Positions 14,046 to 55,396 of a stretch of 64,000 nucleotides of DNA are shown one piece after another. A program made the translations under genes and the position numbers. The DNA comes from Amoebidium appalachense. Lineage: Eukaryota; Protista; Ichthyosporea. Where the stretch lies: positions 2,099,527 to 2,163,526 of the forward strand of contig CAVNZM010000017.1 in assembly GCA_963693365.1 (NCBI GenBank). Reading direction: 5' to 3'. Under the pieces are notes generated by a model. It was not told where the DNA came from, ran no database searches, and was given only the letters and a program-made list of their open reading frames with translations. Each line of letters begins with the position of its first letter. Within the stretch, counting starts at the first letter, position 1.

Positions 14046-17000
14046 TTCCCCCCCCTCTCTCTGAGGCTCAGGCTCTCTCTCTTCCCTCAGAAGTTTTGTC
14101 GAAGGTGTGCATGGTTGTGGGTGGAATGGTGAGTGTGTGCTAACGAGTGTATGTGTGTGTGCGCGTCAGTCACGCATGTTGTTGTTGCCGTTTTTTTTAT
14201 TTTTATTTTTTATTTTTTATTTTGGGGGGGGGGGGGGGGGGGGGGGGGGCACCTTCACATGTAAAAAAAAAAAACCGTAATCCTCTTCATTCCACACAAA
14301 TATTGCCTCGCTGAGTGAGCGTGCGTACTCAGCCCTGCGGGGGTGTGACTTGTACGTGCCGTCCGCCGTGTTTGCAATGGAGTGGAAGGCGTCATTCAGC
14401 ACAGTCTGCCACACCACCTCCCCAGGCGGTGCCTGGCCCAACATGCCCTCTCTGGGAGCTGCCTCGGGTCCCCCTGGGGCTGCCTCAAGGCCCCCCGGGG
14501 CTGCCTGGGGGTCCTGGGGGGGTGCCTGTGGGCCGGCAAGGGGTTGCTGCTGCTCGGCAGGGGGAGGACTGGCAGGGGGGAGGGGCTGGGTCAGGGACCA
14601 CCGGCACCTCGGCACCTGGGTCCGGTGGGGGCTGAATGGGCCGTAGCCACTGCAGGTGCACCATCAGCTCAAAGGGCGGCGGGCCCAGCTCTCCCAGGGT
14701 CTTGCCCTTGTCGGGGCCAAAGGGCACCTGCATGGCCGGCGACAGCACCTGATCCACCCGCACCACTGCATGCTTCTTGCCCACCTTCATGCCCCCCCAG
14801 CGCTCCGGCTGCACAGCCAGCACCACCCCGGTGGCTGCTGCAGCATGTGGGCCCCGCCGGGGCACAATCTCAACCCCTTCACCGAGTGCCTTTGCATGAA
14901 GCCGCGCTGCATGTCATAGAGGGAAGCAAAAAACTCAGCCAAAAAGCCACAGCACCAACGTTTTTCTCTTCGCTCCACAAAAAATCAAATGCATATTCCT
15001 TAGCAACCCCCTTCCCCCCCCCCCCCCCCCCTTCTCCCTCCCCCCCCCCCCCCTCTCCCAGTGCCCAGCTTGTGTGGCACTTGCACGTGTTAACAGTGCT
15101 ATAGCCCCCCCCCCCCCCCCCCCCCCCCCCCCCCACCACCACCACCACCACCACCAATCACCCCCTCCTTTGATAGCCACCCGACACCCAGCATAACACA
15201 ACTGGAACACTGGCCCATGTGGTCAGCCACCCCCCCCCCCCCCCCCCCCCCCCCCTCCTCCCCCCCCTCCCCCTCTCCTCTGGGGGGCCCACAATCTTTC
15301 TATATCTGGCATAAGCACATAAGCACTGGGGCAAAAAGCAGGTGGGATACACACCTGACAGGTTTGGCCTATCGACCACGGCCGAGTAGACCTGCAGGGA
15401 CGCATATGCATCAAGGGCAGCGTAGGTGGCCTGCACCTCTGATAGCGGCTCGTGCCAGTTGGAGCATCGAACAAGTGCCGGCTTGGGCAGCTTCTTGCCT
15501 ATGACCTGGGCAGTGATGTCGGCCAAGCCCCGGGCCGCAGAGGTGATAGCTGCACGGGCATAGCAGAACCGGCCCAGCTCCAGATAGCTGGCCACAGGGG
15601 TGCCGTAGTCCTTGTTGAGGTGGGCCGAGTCCGTGCCGATCTGCTTGCCCACCTTGATGATGCTGGGGTCCCTAAGCAGCGCAATCAGCTCGTCCACCAG
15701 CCGCGCGGGCGGGCTGTGGTTGGGGCCCATGCGTGCCAAGTGGAAGATGTACACGGCCCGTGCGGTGGCAATCTGCAGCGTGCAAACCTTGGACCGCGCC
15801 TGGCCCACCCGATAGACCCACTCGCAGTCCAGCCCCACCACGCGGTGCTGCTGCCCCTCCAGGTCGGCACGAATGGCCGCTGTAGCCACCACCGCCCCCT
15901 GGCAGTCGGTGTACACCGGCTTAGGGTAGTTGGCCGGCAGCTCCAGCCCAGGCAGACCGTCCGTCACGCTTACCAGCGCAGCCTCGTTCAGACGGACGGG
16001 GCATTTTGGCCGGGCTAGGGTTGGAAACATGCGCTCAACAAACGCCCGGTCTTGGCAGCACCGATCTGTGTAGAAGAAGGCCGGGCCCTTGCTGTTGAGC
16101 GCCGCCGTGGTGGCAGAGATGCGCTGGATCACGGGCTCAATCTCCTGGTGGCTGCAGTCCCGTGTAAATACCTGCGCCCGGATCTCTGGGGTGCCGCACT
16201 GTGTGAGAGGGCATCTCCGAGCAGCCATGCATGTTCTAGCTTCCCTTACCACATGGCCCTTCACGAGACTTCAGTGCCCACACAATCCTTTCCCCCTCCC
16301 TCCCCCCAAACCCATGTGCCCACATACTTTCCCCTCCCCTCTCCCCCAAAACCCTTCCCCCTCCTTCCCCCCAAACCCATGTGCCCACATACTTTCCCCA
16401 GGCCTCCCTTTCCCCCAAAATCTTCCCCCCCCCCTCCCCCTAAACCCATGTACCTACAATCCTTCCCCCTTCCTCCCCCTAAACCCTTGTGATCACAATC
16501 CTTTCCCCCTCTCTGCCTTCCCCCCAAACCCATGTGCCCACGATCCTTCCCCACTCCCCCTCCCCCCAAACCATGGGACAGCCCTCCATATGGCACCTAC
16601 TGTCCCCCCCCCCCCCCCCCCCCACCCCACCCCGGGCCTCTTGCCCTCTCTACCTTCAACCCCGACGGTGGTGTCTCTCCCCCCCCCCCCCCCCCCCTGC
16701 ATCCCTTGCAATCACTGGCCCCTACTCCCATTCTGCTTGGCAGAAGCTTGCCCCCCCCCCCCCCCCCCCTCCCCCCCCCCTCCCCCCCCCCCCCCCCCCC
16801 CCCGATTCCCCGCCAAAAGAAAGCTCCACCCCAGCCCACCCCAATCTCTACCCAGCAAAAACACATACACACATATCTGGAGCTTCCTAGTTTTTGCTCG
16901 ACAGGGCAAGAATTGTCCCCAAAACCCACATACTACAAACCTCTACTCACAGTGTGCCACCTCATTAAATGTGGAGCCTAAGAGATTTAAAGGCCCTAGA

Positions 17001-17047
17001 GGGGGGGAGGGGGGGGGGAGGGGGGGGGGGGGGGAGGGGGGGCGTGT

Positions 17048-17078
<31 letters not shown>

Positions 17079-17741
17079 TGGGGGTGTGTGGGGGGGGGGG
17101 GAGGGGGGGGAGAGGGGGCCTGGGGGAGAGTGGGGGGAGGGGGGGAGAAGAGGAGGGACCACACACCGCCAAGCTCGTTTACACAAGTCCATAGGCCTCG
17201 GTACAGAGGCTCCCCATTGATGCCGGTGAGCTTCCCAATTTGGAAGGTGTGGTCGGCCTTGAGCACGTTGTTTACGGGCTTGAGCTGCGTGTCCAGGCTC
17301 TGGTACTTTGCCGTGCGGTCGCTGAACTCAGTATACACGGCACTCAGGTATTTGCCTGAACCCCAAGTACTGTTAGAACTCCACCACCCTCCCATCAGGA
17401 CCATCCCCCCCATTCCCTCTAGTCCCTCGTGTTCATCTCACCTCTCTGTATTTTCGTAAGTCTGTATGGCTTTTCCCATCTCAAAAACGCTACACACCCA
17501 TCTCCGGCCGTTTGCCCCCCCCCCCCCCCCCCCCCCCTCCCCCCCCCCCCCCCCTCCCCCCGCCTCCCGGCGCGCGCAAACCCTCCAAGTCATTGCACCA
17601 ACTTTCACCTTCTTTCCCCTTTGTGCCCCATCTGCAGTTTGTCCCCTGCACGTCCGTTTGCCCTTCCCCCCACACCCTCCTGCCACTACTATAATAACCA
17701 TTAAGTACCGCCACCAAGATCCAGTCTACCACCATGTGCCC

Positions 17742-17784
<43 letters not shown>

Positions 17785-17933
17785 CTCTCCACCTCCTTTC
17801 CCCCAACACACACAGACACACATGCGCACACCCACCATCTAATTTCAGGCATAACAGTTCTCCACGATTTCCCAAGCACACTCACTGGTACATGGACCGT
17901 TATGCTTTCACCCCTCTGATGATCCCTCTGCCC

Positions 17934-17971
<38 letters not shown>

Positions 17972-18061
17972 ACCACCACCACCACCACCACCACCATGAC
18001 TGATTGCCACCACCACCACCTAATCCATCACCATGTCCCCCCTCCCCCCTCCCCCCCCCCC

Positions 18062-18092
<31 letters not shown>

Positions 18093-19487
18093 ACACACGG
18101 ACCCACAAGTACACGCACACTCACAGGCGCACATCCACCACCACACATCCACCACCACCATAATAGAAACTTATTGACCACACTTCCAAAACCCATTTCC
18201 AAGTCCCCCCCCCCCCCTAAAAAAAAAATAAAAAATAATAAAACAAAACCCTACCAAGCCAACCCAAAAAATGCCCAAGCACGTGCATACAAAACAATGG
18301 GGACCATTTACACACCCAAAATGCAGTGCACACTTGCCTGAAGGCACATGTCCAGCGTAACCATTTTTGTCACCAAACGCCGAGAACTTAGCCGCCTGCT
18401 CCTCTGGGGGAAGTTCTGTCAGGCGCTGGTCGTGGGGGCGGAAATCGTTACGCTTTTTGAGTTCATACTTGGTCCAATGCAGCGCCCTCGAGTAATACAG
18501 GAGCCGCTGCTCGTCGTATCGCTGCTTGTGGAGCTCCGAGAGGAGGGTGGCAAAGGCGTTTGGGCCCACACCTTTGTCTGCCAGTGCACGCAACAATGTT
18601 ACCACCTTTAGGTCGAGCCCACTGCGGTGGCTAAGGTAGGCCGGAAACTGATCACGCATGAAGAGTGGAAGGCGTTTAATTGTCTGGGGGTTTGTGCCGG
18701 CAAAGTTTTTTTTGCATGTGTCACAAAAGTACCGGGCCGTGATAATGTAGTAGCAGCTGTCAAAGTCGATAACACGCCGTCCTACGGGGTTGCTCATGAA
18801 CCCATTGCGAGAAGTACGGTGTGGGTTGGGGTGGTTGTGGGGGTCCACGTAGTGATCATCGAAGGGGCACGGCACCATGAAACCGGGAGACAACCTTTCC
18901 GGAAGCCAGGCAAAACATCTGGGTTTGTAGAAAGGCGCTGGATCGCCCCCAAATTTAAAGCCTATAATGGGAGGTGGAAGATGCCACCCCACAGGCGTCT
19001 TCTCATCTTTGAGACTCTCTTTCACTGTGTGCAGGTGCGACTTGATTGTTTCGCCCGCCGCGTCAGAAAACTCCTCTCCACCGTCATCCCCGTCCGTATT
19101 ATCTTCTCCCTCTTCCTCCCCTTCATCCTCGTCTACCCGGTACGCATCTGCTGCTGCATTTAGCAAAGGTTCCTCGTCGGGTTGCACCTGTATGTCTGGT
19201 GGGTGTGGAGCAGGGGCCCGATCCATTTCTCTTGGTAACGAATGGACGCTACCTGCCTCAACTACACGGGCCCTTATGTCGGCGGCCTTAGATAGAGGGG
19301 GCTGTTCGGGTTGTACGTTTACGTTTAGTTCCTGCAAAACAGCTTTGTTTGCCGTCCCAAAACCTGCAAAGTTCGCTAAAGGCTGAACAAATGCAGCATC
19401 TTTTTTTTTGCGCCCAGCTCCCTCCCTAGCTCCGCCTGTTTTATGCCCAGGGCGCTGTGTTGTGCCCTTAGGGCAGCCTGGCTTCAT
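11567..19487 (-). CDS. Spliced DDE transposase-like protein (IS256/Mutator/ISL3-type DxxH group; N-terminus resembles DUF6729) with an inserted DEDDy 3'-5' exonuclease domain
   Basis: Exons joined by hand: ~19487-18338 (GC donor G|gcaagt), 17355-17167, 16185-15355, ~14905-14276, ~13792-13585, ~13165-11567. Motifs in order: basic GGAREGAGRKKK; Cys/His region (VPCPF…RRVIDFDSCYYIITARYFCDTC…FPAYLSHRSGLD); LKADHTF (D1); FYTDRCCQD (D2); exonuclease (GLDCEW, VGKQIGTD, YAALDAYAS); LNDAFH…SHPRRAEYARSLSEAIFVW (DxxH); YRCIRGTNEVEGAVH (E); C-terminal CKTC…C…C. Local indels near 14270-14580. The family name is from motif recall, not a search. Confidence 0.75.
15385..15845 (-). other. WRN/EXD2-like DEDDy 3'-5' exonuclease domain within the transposase
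   Basis: VVGLDCEW (ExoI), LQIAT, IIKVGKQIGTDSAHL (ExoII), ARGLADITAQVIGKKLPK…RCSNWHEPLSEVQATYAALDAYAS (ExoIII). Confidence 0.9.
16275..16575 (+). repeat. Degenerate intronic minisatellite (CCCCAAACCCATGTGCCCACA…TTCCCC-like units)
   Basis: Repeated AAACCCATGT(G/A)CC units at ~16308, 16373, 16442 and 16526. Confidence 0.7.
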
Positions 19488-20495
19488 TTTAAACACTTGG
19501 GGCCTGGCCCCCTGCCCCCCTAGTGCGACTACGTTACCGCAAACATTCCCGTATTCCAGTGTGCTCGGCAATGCTGCTCATGGCCTTCCCGGACTGGTTG
19601 TGACCAGTAAAGAGCGCGCCAATTCCTGACCGCCGCCTACAGCAGTGTATGATCTGTTATCCATATTCGGCAAAAGGGGTCTTGCCCAACCAATGGCTTG
19701 AATCCTTGTAACTTTGCTTTATCCATATAAGGTTAGCTGAACACCCCCCCTCCAATCATACCCCCCCCTTCTCTCTAGTAGTAGCTCCTGGCATCCCGCA
19801 CCCCCCCCGTGGCGAACATTTCGCCACGGCCCTCCGAAAAAAAGGTGGTTTCGCGCACTCTGAAGACGCCAAAGGCTTTTCGTTCAGTTGCACAGTATAG
19901 TTTTTGTTATATTTCTGAGAAGATATTGTTCGATTTAGGCAAGAAAACACTTACAATAGGCCTCAGGAGCGGTATATAAGAAGTTCTGGTGGTAAACGCC
20001 GGGGGGTTAGCGTTTTTTGAACCGGGTACGTGGACTTTTTGAGGCAAGGTACACAGGAACTTGAACCCACCAAATCTATGGCTGAAAAATGTGCTGTTGT
20101 GCACCTTTTCAATGTGCTAAGTTTCTGTGGTTTATTTGAATGATCGGTAGTTGTTTTCTGTGCTCGATATTTCCCCGGGCGATGTAAGACAGGGACTCAG
20201 ACAACCCCACTTTGGGGTTCTGTTATCTGTTTTTACAGCGCCCGGGCCAGTTTGTTTTAATCTGTGATCCATGTTTTAACCTATTCCTATTTTTTTCTAC
20301 TTATGGTATGTGCTACTTGTTAGATCTATCGTTCCTTGTCGTCCAGCGAAAGAAACAGATGGGATTGATCAATTCTCTGCCCTTCTTAATGAAGATTGTA
20401 GCATGCTAGATCTACGAAGGAGCCACACCGATCCTCGAAAAGTCTACCCTAAACAAGAAAGCACGCACCCACACAGACACACACACACACACAAG

Positions 20496-20534
<39 letters not shown>

Positions 20535-20593
20535 ACACATACAAACTTACTCACACGCTCACACGCTCGCTTTCCCCCGCCCCCCTCACACAT

Positions 20594-20643
<50 letters not shown>

Positions 20644-20666
20644 ACACACGCACACACACGCACACG

Positions 20667-20721
<55 letters not shown>

Positions 20722-21242
20722 CGTAAACACACCCTCCCCATCCCCAACCACACACACACGCGCGAACACAAACACGCACACACGTTCTCTCTCGTTCTCC
20801 TTTTCTTTCTACGCTGAGTGCATGGTTCTTTTTCTCTTTTTCTTTATCATTCCGAAACCTTCACGTGTTCTTGTAAAACCCATTTTCAGGGGTTCGTTTT
20901 CTATGTCAACCCTTACCTGCCCTTTGACACGAAAACAGCCCAAAAAGCAACATGGCTGCATCTGAAACAGCAGCATTCGAGACGTCAGATGATCCAAAGG
21001 TAGGAACTGAATGGGTTCATTTGTTGGGGACTGCCCCACCCACCCCCCCCCCTTTCCCCCCTTCCTCCCCTCTCCCCCCCCCCCCCCCCCCCCCCAGCGC
21101 CCTTCCCTCCCACTCTCCTCCCCCTTTCCTTCGTCCTGGCGCCCCTCCCCCTCCACAACCCGAAAACTCCTTTCTCACACCCTTTTTGTTACACTGCGAC
21201 AACCCTTTCACCGAACACCTACTACCACCTTCCAGCGTTGGC

Positions 21243-21286
<44 letters not shown>

Positions 21287-21885
21287 CCAGCTCTTAGTGA
21301 GCAAATTCTTATTGGTTTCTGATATAAGGAGTGGTGGAGGGCAAACACTGAAGGCGTCACATTTCTCTAACTTCGTGAAAGAAAACAAACAGGTTGCTTG
21401 CTTGGTGTTTGTGTGCTATTCAGAATGTCATTTTCAATGTTCATCTTAGGGTTCTTGTTACAAAAAACTAATTTAAGGAACACAGGTTCAAAGTAGACTA
21501 TGTACGCTGCCAGACTAACAAATTTTAGCCGCCGCCGACTGAAATCGTTATGGCATGTGACGTCGACCTCATTTATGGAAGTATCTCAGGGTGACGTCAT
21601 TTCAGATTGAAATTTTCCCGGAAGTCTGTAGTCTTATAAGTACGTAGGTTAAGTTTGGTGTGTTTTGGAATTAGAGAGATATGGGAGAATTTTGACAGAG
21701 TACTGAGGGGCCTGGGAAGGAAATTTTTGGACCGCTACTTACATAATGCCATTGCTTGTTTCCAGACACAGACAGAAAATTACCCTGTTGATCCAGCTTC
21801 AGGTGATAGCAGCCCCCCCCCCCCCCCCCCCCCCTCCGCCTCCCCCTCCCCCTCCCCTCCTCTCTCTCCTCCCCCCCCCTCCCCC

Positions 21886-21919
<34 letters not shown>

Positions 21920-21921
21920 AA

Positions 21922-21952
<31 letters not shown>

Positions 21953-21960
21953 GGGGAGGG

Positions 21961-21997
<37 letters not shown>

Positions 21998-22058
21998 GGA
22001 GAGAGAGAGGGAGAGAGGGAGAGGGAGAGAGGGAGAGGGAGAGGGAGAGGGAGAGAGA

Positions 22059-22114
<56 letters not shown>

Positions 22115-23039
22115 CCTGAAAAAGATGACAATCCCCCTCCCATTCACGGTGGGTGTGCTTGTGCAGATGGGTGCCTGCTGTATGGGTGTTCGTTGCATAA
22201 CATTGTATGCACATGGCTGGCCACACTTTTCTTCTCTCTTCTCTCCTCTATTCTTTCTCTAAGCTATAGCTATAAATGGAATTGGTGGATGATGAGTTCA
22301 TCTTAACATTCATTTCTGGAGCTCGGAACAACTTCTCCCCGCTCAAACCAGATAAAATAAGCATCTTCTAAGAACAGAGTAGTAGGGAGTTTAATACATC
22401 TCCATAACCATGGTTGTAAGCATTCATAGCAGATCTGCAAGCAGGTGTGTGCTCTTTTCTCCTCTCCTACTACCCAATCGGTAATGTGCATGTACAGGCT
22501 TTGCCCTCGGGTTCAACAAGTTATGTATGGAAGTAGATGCATACATTCATCTGTAAAGGTTGTAATCTAAAAGATGCGCACCCTGTATATTGAACCAACA
22601 TATATTTCCAACTGAAATACTTGTCGCTAACATAAAAGTTTACTCCTATATACCGTAATGCATCAGCATAGTTCATTTTCCAACTTGAATTTGAGCCATT
22701 AAGACATACTCACATCTAGTACATTGTGAAATATATATACATTTTACAATAGCCCAATGTGTATATAGTTACCAAGTGTGTCGGCATTTCTCATTGGGGT
22801 GCATGGAAATCTCCTTTCCTGGCGATTTTCCAAGAACGGGCATCCCATATATGGTGAAAACCAATCAGTGCGCTCACTCTTATTTGCATTGAGAGGACGT
22901 GAGCTATTCTGTGACGTCATTAGTTGAGGTCATATACACTACACGTATTCTTATATAGCGACACCATGCCGAGAAAGGCTGACATAAACCATAAATTTAA
23001 CGCCTGAAACATTCATATACAGCTTCAACAGATTGGAAC

Positions 23040-36681
<13,642 letters not shown>

Positions 36682-37059
36682 ACTCGGATGTTTGTTGGAT
36701 TATGTGAAGTCTGTTTTTTTTTGTGTATGTGTGTGTTAATGCTCTCCTTGTGGGTGTGGGTGTGGGCGTGTGTGGGTGTGTGCACGCGCACACGTGTGTG
36801 TGTGTGCGTGTGTGCGTGTGTGCGTGTGTGCGAATGCTCGATTTTGGGGATCTCATTTCGCATAGAGCAGGATCCAGTTATCATAGTTCTCTAGCAGCTC
36901 TTGAGGGTGTAGTAGTATTTAAGTCTATCCAATGATTGAGATATGACGTTTGAGAGATCATGTGAGGCTGATGAAAAGAAACGTTTTGAGCCCCATTCTT
37001 CACTATATGACTGCGTATGTTAGTGTTGTTTGACTATATATATAGTTTAGCCTACTAGT

Positions 37060-37815
37060 ACTATGGGGTAGCAAGACACAAAATCGATTTGCATACTACT
37101 GTTGTAGAGCTACCTGATTGGTTAAAATCGAAAACGTATGAACCAATTAAAATCTTTTAACGGAGTTTTTTTTTGGCGGGAAATTTCGTGATATTACAAT
37201 ATCACGATTCACATCGCAGGCCGCGCGGAGGCATCATCATGGTTGAGCACACTCGCCACACAGTGTGTATACGTATATACGGCCCGTTCCAGTTTCTGAG
37301 TTTTCGCTTCGCTGTTGAAAACCTCGTTATTTTCCTGTTTCTGTTTTCCCACATGTCTCATTGAAATGTTAGCTCATTTGCACGCGCCATGTCGTCCAAG
37401 CGCTCTTACGAAAGTGCACTTGGCGACCTGGGATTGGGAAACCTGAGCCCAAGGTCCCGAAAGCGAGCATACAACCGTGATATACTCGAAACTTGCAAGG
37501 AAGCGAAAGAGGGAAGAAACATTAGACGGAAAGCTGAAGAGGGCAAAAATAGAGAGCGTACAAAAGCTGCATGCACAGGGCCTTATTGACGACAACGCAC
37601 AAAGCTTTAGTGTAGAAGATGCTGTTTTGTTTTGGTAATGTTGTTTTTTTTTTTGAGGGGGGGAATTAGAATGCATGATTTGTAGCGATTGGTTCAAACA
37701 GCACCATATGGCTCCATGGTGTTGACATATAGCAGCTCGCCAAAACCGCAGTATATGGTCGTGCAAATCGATTTTGTGTCTCTCTACCAGATTTTGTGTC
37801 TCTCTACCCCATAGT
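37060..37815. mobile_element. TIR-bounded non-autonomous DNA element
   Basis: Left ACTATGGGGTAGCAAGACACAAAATCGATTTGCA; right TGCAAATCGATTTTGTGTCTCTCTACC(AGATTTTGTGTCTCTCTACC)CCATAGT. No clean TSD. Confidence 0.78.
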
Positions 37816-38603
37816 GTATGCAACATACCTTCCGTATGGAATATCGAGTTTTCCCTAGCTTTTCATTTATTGCATTAGATATCGAAAGCTTGGTCGCAAT
37901 TACAACAATGGAAAGAGATAGATATCACCATATGCCATGAAATTCATGTGGTTGGGCGGGTGCATGTGCACGTCGCAGAGGCCCTGCTGAAACTTGTGAC
38001 CACACCCAAGGGGATATGATCACTACCGAAAATGTAGTGTCCCTAAATATAGAAAGCGTGATGGGACTTGTTACCACCTGCAGCCTGCAGCAGGTGCACT
38101 GGATCTCTGAGTCACTGGATGTGCAGTCAAAACACAAGGCTTGAATTACTAACACGAATAGCCATTAATTCAAATCAGCTGGTACTACTACGAGGATCTT
38201 TTACAACATCGATAACATATATATCAAGGCTTTCAAATTGCAACCTGATCGATATACAGTAAGTATCCTGAGATTTAACTTGGTGGTGGTCACCATAATG
38301 ATTAATTGTGGCCATGGCATGCATGACAGTACATGTGTGTGCGTGGTGGTATGCGGTGGTGTACATGTGTGTGCCTGTCTAGCTGTGTGTGTGAGTGTGG
38401 TGTCATGATTGAGTAAACATGTGTACATGTACAAAATAAGCTCCGATTGCGATTGGTTTGCTATGTATTGCGTACATAGAATTAAATCCATTAACATCGA
38501 TTCCCCCCCCCCCCCCCCCAAAAAAAAAAAAAAAAAGGTTCCCCAACTACGGTACAGTCTTTATGTGCATTTGCAGTCGTGTATTTGGGTTTTTTTTTTT
38601 TTT

Positions 38604-38634
<31 letters not shown>

Positions 38635-39152
38635 GGGGGATGTGCTGTTTATTAACGACCTGTAGGTGAGCTGTGATTGAGTTGTCGGCACCAACACGGT
38701 GAAGGCCAACAGTACTTCCACCCAACAAGATTTACAAGTAAAAATCGACGTACACTTATGTACATCATACAGATTCATGTGGAGATACGGTATCAGATGC
38801 ACATCACATTGTGAAGATATATATATATAACGTCACACAGATTTTTTTCTTTTTCTTTTTCTTTTTTTTTAGTTGTGTTGTGCGGTCACCTGACCATATT
38901 GAGAAAGAAAAATACACCGTCTGTTACAGTAAGGCTGTGTTTATCATCCTTGTCGCACGATGCTTGCACGTAACACTGTAGCACACATACGTATATAGCG
39001 CCACGCTCAGAATCCTTTGACTCTTAAGATTACGGTGGGAAGTTAGGGTCCCGCACACTGTTAGGTCATCGGCAATGCTTGGTGCACACACGCAAAATTT
39101 AAGTCGTTACACGCACGCATTCACACGCACAATAGAATAGAACACCCCCCCC

Positions 39153-39183
<31 letters not shown>

Positions 39184-39986
39184 AGTCACACGCACACACA
39201 AGTGTCACACGCACACCCACAAAAAACCACCCCCCAACACACAGTGTCACATGTTTTCTGTCACTGGTAGTTTTGGCTGATCTGTATTCTGCATGTTTCG
39301 CAGGCACCCTTACAACCACAACGCCAGCCTGAGAGTGCGTGTAATATGATTATTATAAGATATACTGTAGCAACATCAAACGAATCAGAACATTTATGGT
39401 CTATATAGCTATAAGCAGAATATTAGTGTCTGTCTCTGACGGTGTGTACGTGTTCTGCAGTTATGGATAAGAATGTGCACACACAATTACCCGGAGATTT
39501 AAGTGTACAAATCGTGTTAAACTTTTGTTTTAGAACGCTGTAACTTTGTAATTGTTTTAAGCTTCAATTACAAAGTAAAAACAGACTATTGGCATGCCCT
39601 ATCGAAAATATTATCTCATGTGGTTCATATAATGACGTAAATTTCACAAGGTGCACACCGATTTTGTTCGAAAACCTACACATTCCTCCCTTATGGTACA
39701 GGTACAGGCACACAAGAATCACCATAACACATGTTTCACGATACCTTTTTAAGAATGGCAACATAATATATCCCCCCGTATAATATCACATTATATGGCG
39801 CTATTTCATATTACCTACCGGGTCAAATATCGACGTATGCACCTTCCTCACCCGAACAACGTAAACCACCTACACGGAGCTCTCCCCATAATCTCTCAAA
39901 CCAGACAAACCGTGCCACAGTTACACCATCACCACACATGTACACTTGTCAGGAAATACGAAAGAAAATCCCGTACATTTGCAAGC

Positions 39987-54213
<14,227 letters not shown>

Positions 54214-54408
54214 TTTCAAGGTGCGCCTGCAAGCGAAAAGTTTTGTTAGCAACAAAGAGAAACAGGAAAATTCAAGAAAGGGTAAGGTGGGGGTTGTGAT
54301 GTGATGTGTGGTGAGGGGTGGGCGGAAGTGAGGGAATGACATAGTGCAGTAAAGAGAGAAGGGCAAGCAGGCAGGCCGGTGAGTGGACGAGCTCTCTCCC
54401 TCTCTCTG

Positions 54409-54479
<71 letters not shown>

Positions 54480-54518
54480 TTTCCCCTCTCTCGCTCTCTT
54501 CTTCTTTTTTTTTTTTTT

Positions 54519-54551
<33 letters not shown>

Positions 54552-55336
54552 GGAGAGGACGGGGAGTTGTTAGCACCTCATACTCCTATAACTAGAGCAA
54601 ACAATGCTCATATGCACACTTTCAGGTGTTTCTTCAAGATTCTTGAACTACAAGAAACGAGCGAACTTTGGCATATAGACTATCTATCTTTGAGAATCTA
54701 AGCTCGAGAGTACATCATTGGAAGAAGTTGAAAGATTGATGAAAGTAAAGCAGCTCAGAAGAGCTGAATACCTGTAGGCGACTTAACATCTGCCCTCCTT
54801 CCAGCATGGCTGCGGTGGGCTGACCGAAATCTCTATGTAGTTATGAAACTTTTCCAACACGCCGGTTTTTTCTAACCGGAAAAACAGCTTCTATAAGAAT
54901 AAGGGAAAGTCATTAACAGGAGCAACAAAAACTACAGTTGTAAAGAAGAAGACACACATGAAATGCTGATTTAGAGGATAAGCGTCTCAGAGTTAATCTC
55001 TGAAATAGGTACATATAGCTGAGGTGAGGGATGTGCGGTCGAGAACTTTCATAAAAGGGAGTGGGGCGAACGGAAAGCTCCCTTGTGTGCTCGTCTATGA
55101 ATGCACATGCCCCAGGGAAAGGAGAAGGGAGAAGGAAAGAGAAAATCAGGCTGTTTTGACGTGGACGAGGATGGTTCGGAGAGGTGTGGGTAGGGAGGGA
55201 AGGAGGGGGGAGGCAGGGAGGGAAAGAAGCAGGGGGAGGTGAGGAGGGAGAGAGTAGCCTCTGTATCTGAATAATGTGAATGCATACACGTGTGGTTGTG
55301 CGTGTGTGCGTGTGCGTGTGCGTGCGTGTGTGTGTT

Positions 55337-55396
<60 letters not shown>

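Noticed and set aside
20340-21805. Possible small exons (…DQFSALL…, MAASETAAFETSDDPK, …YPVDPAS)
   Set aside because: Splice-like boundaries exist, but I could not build a consistent frame or recognise a protein.
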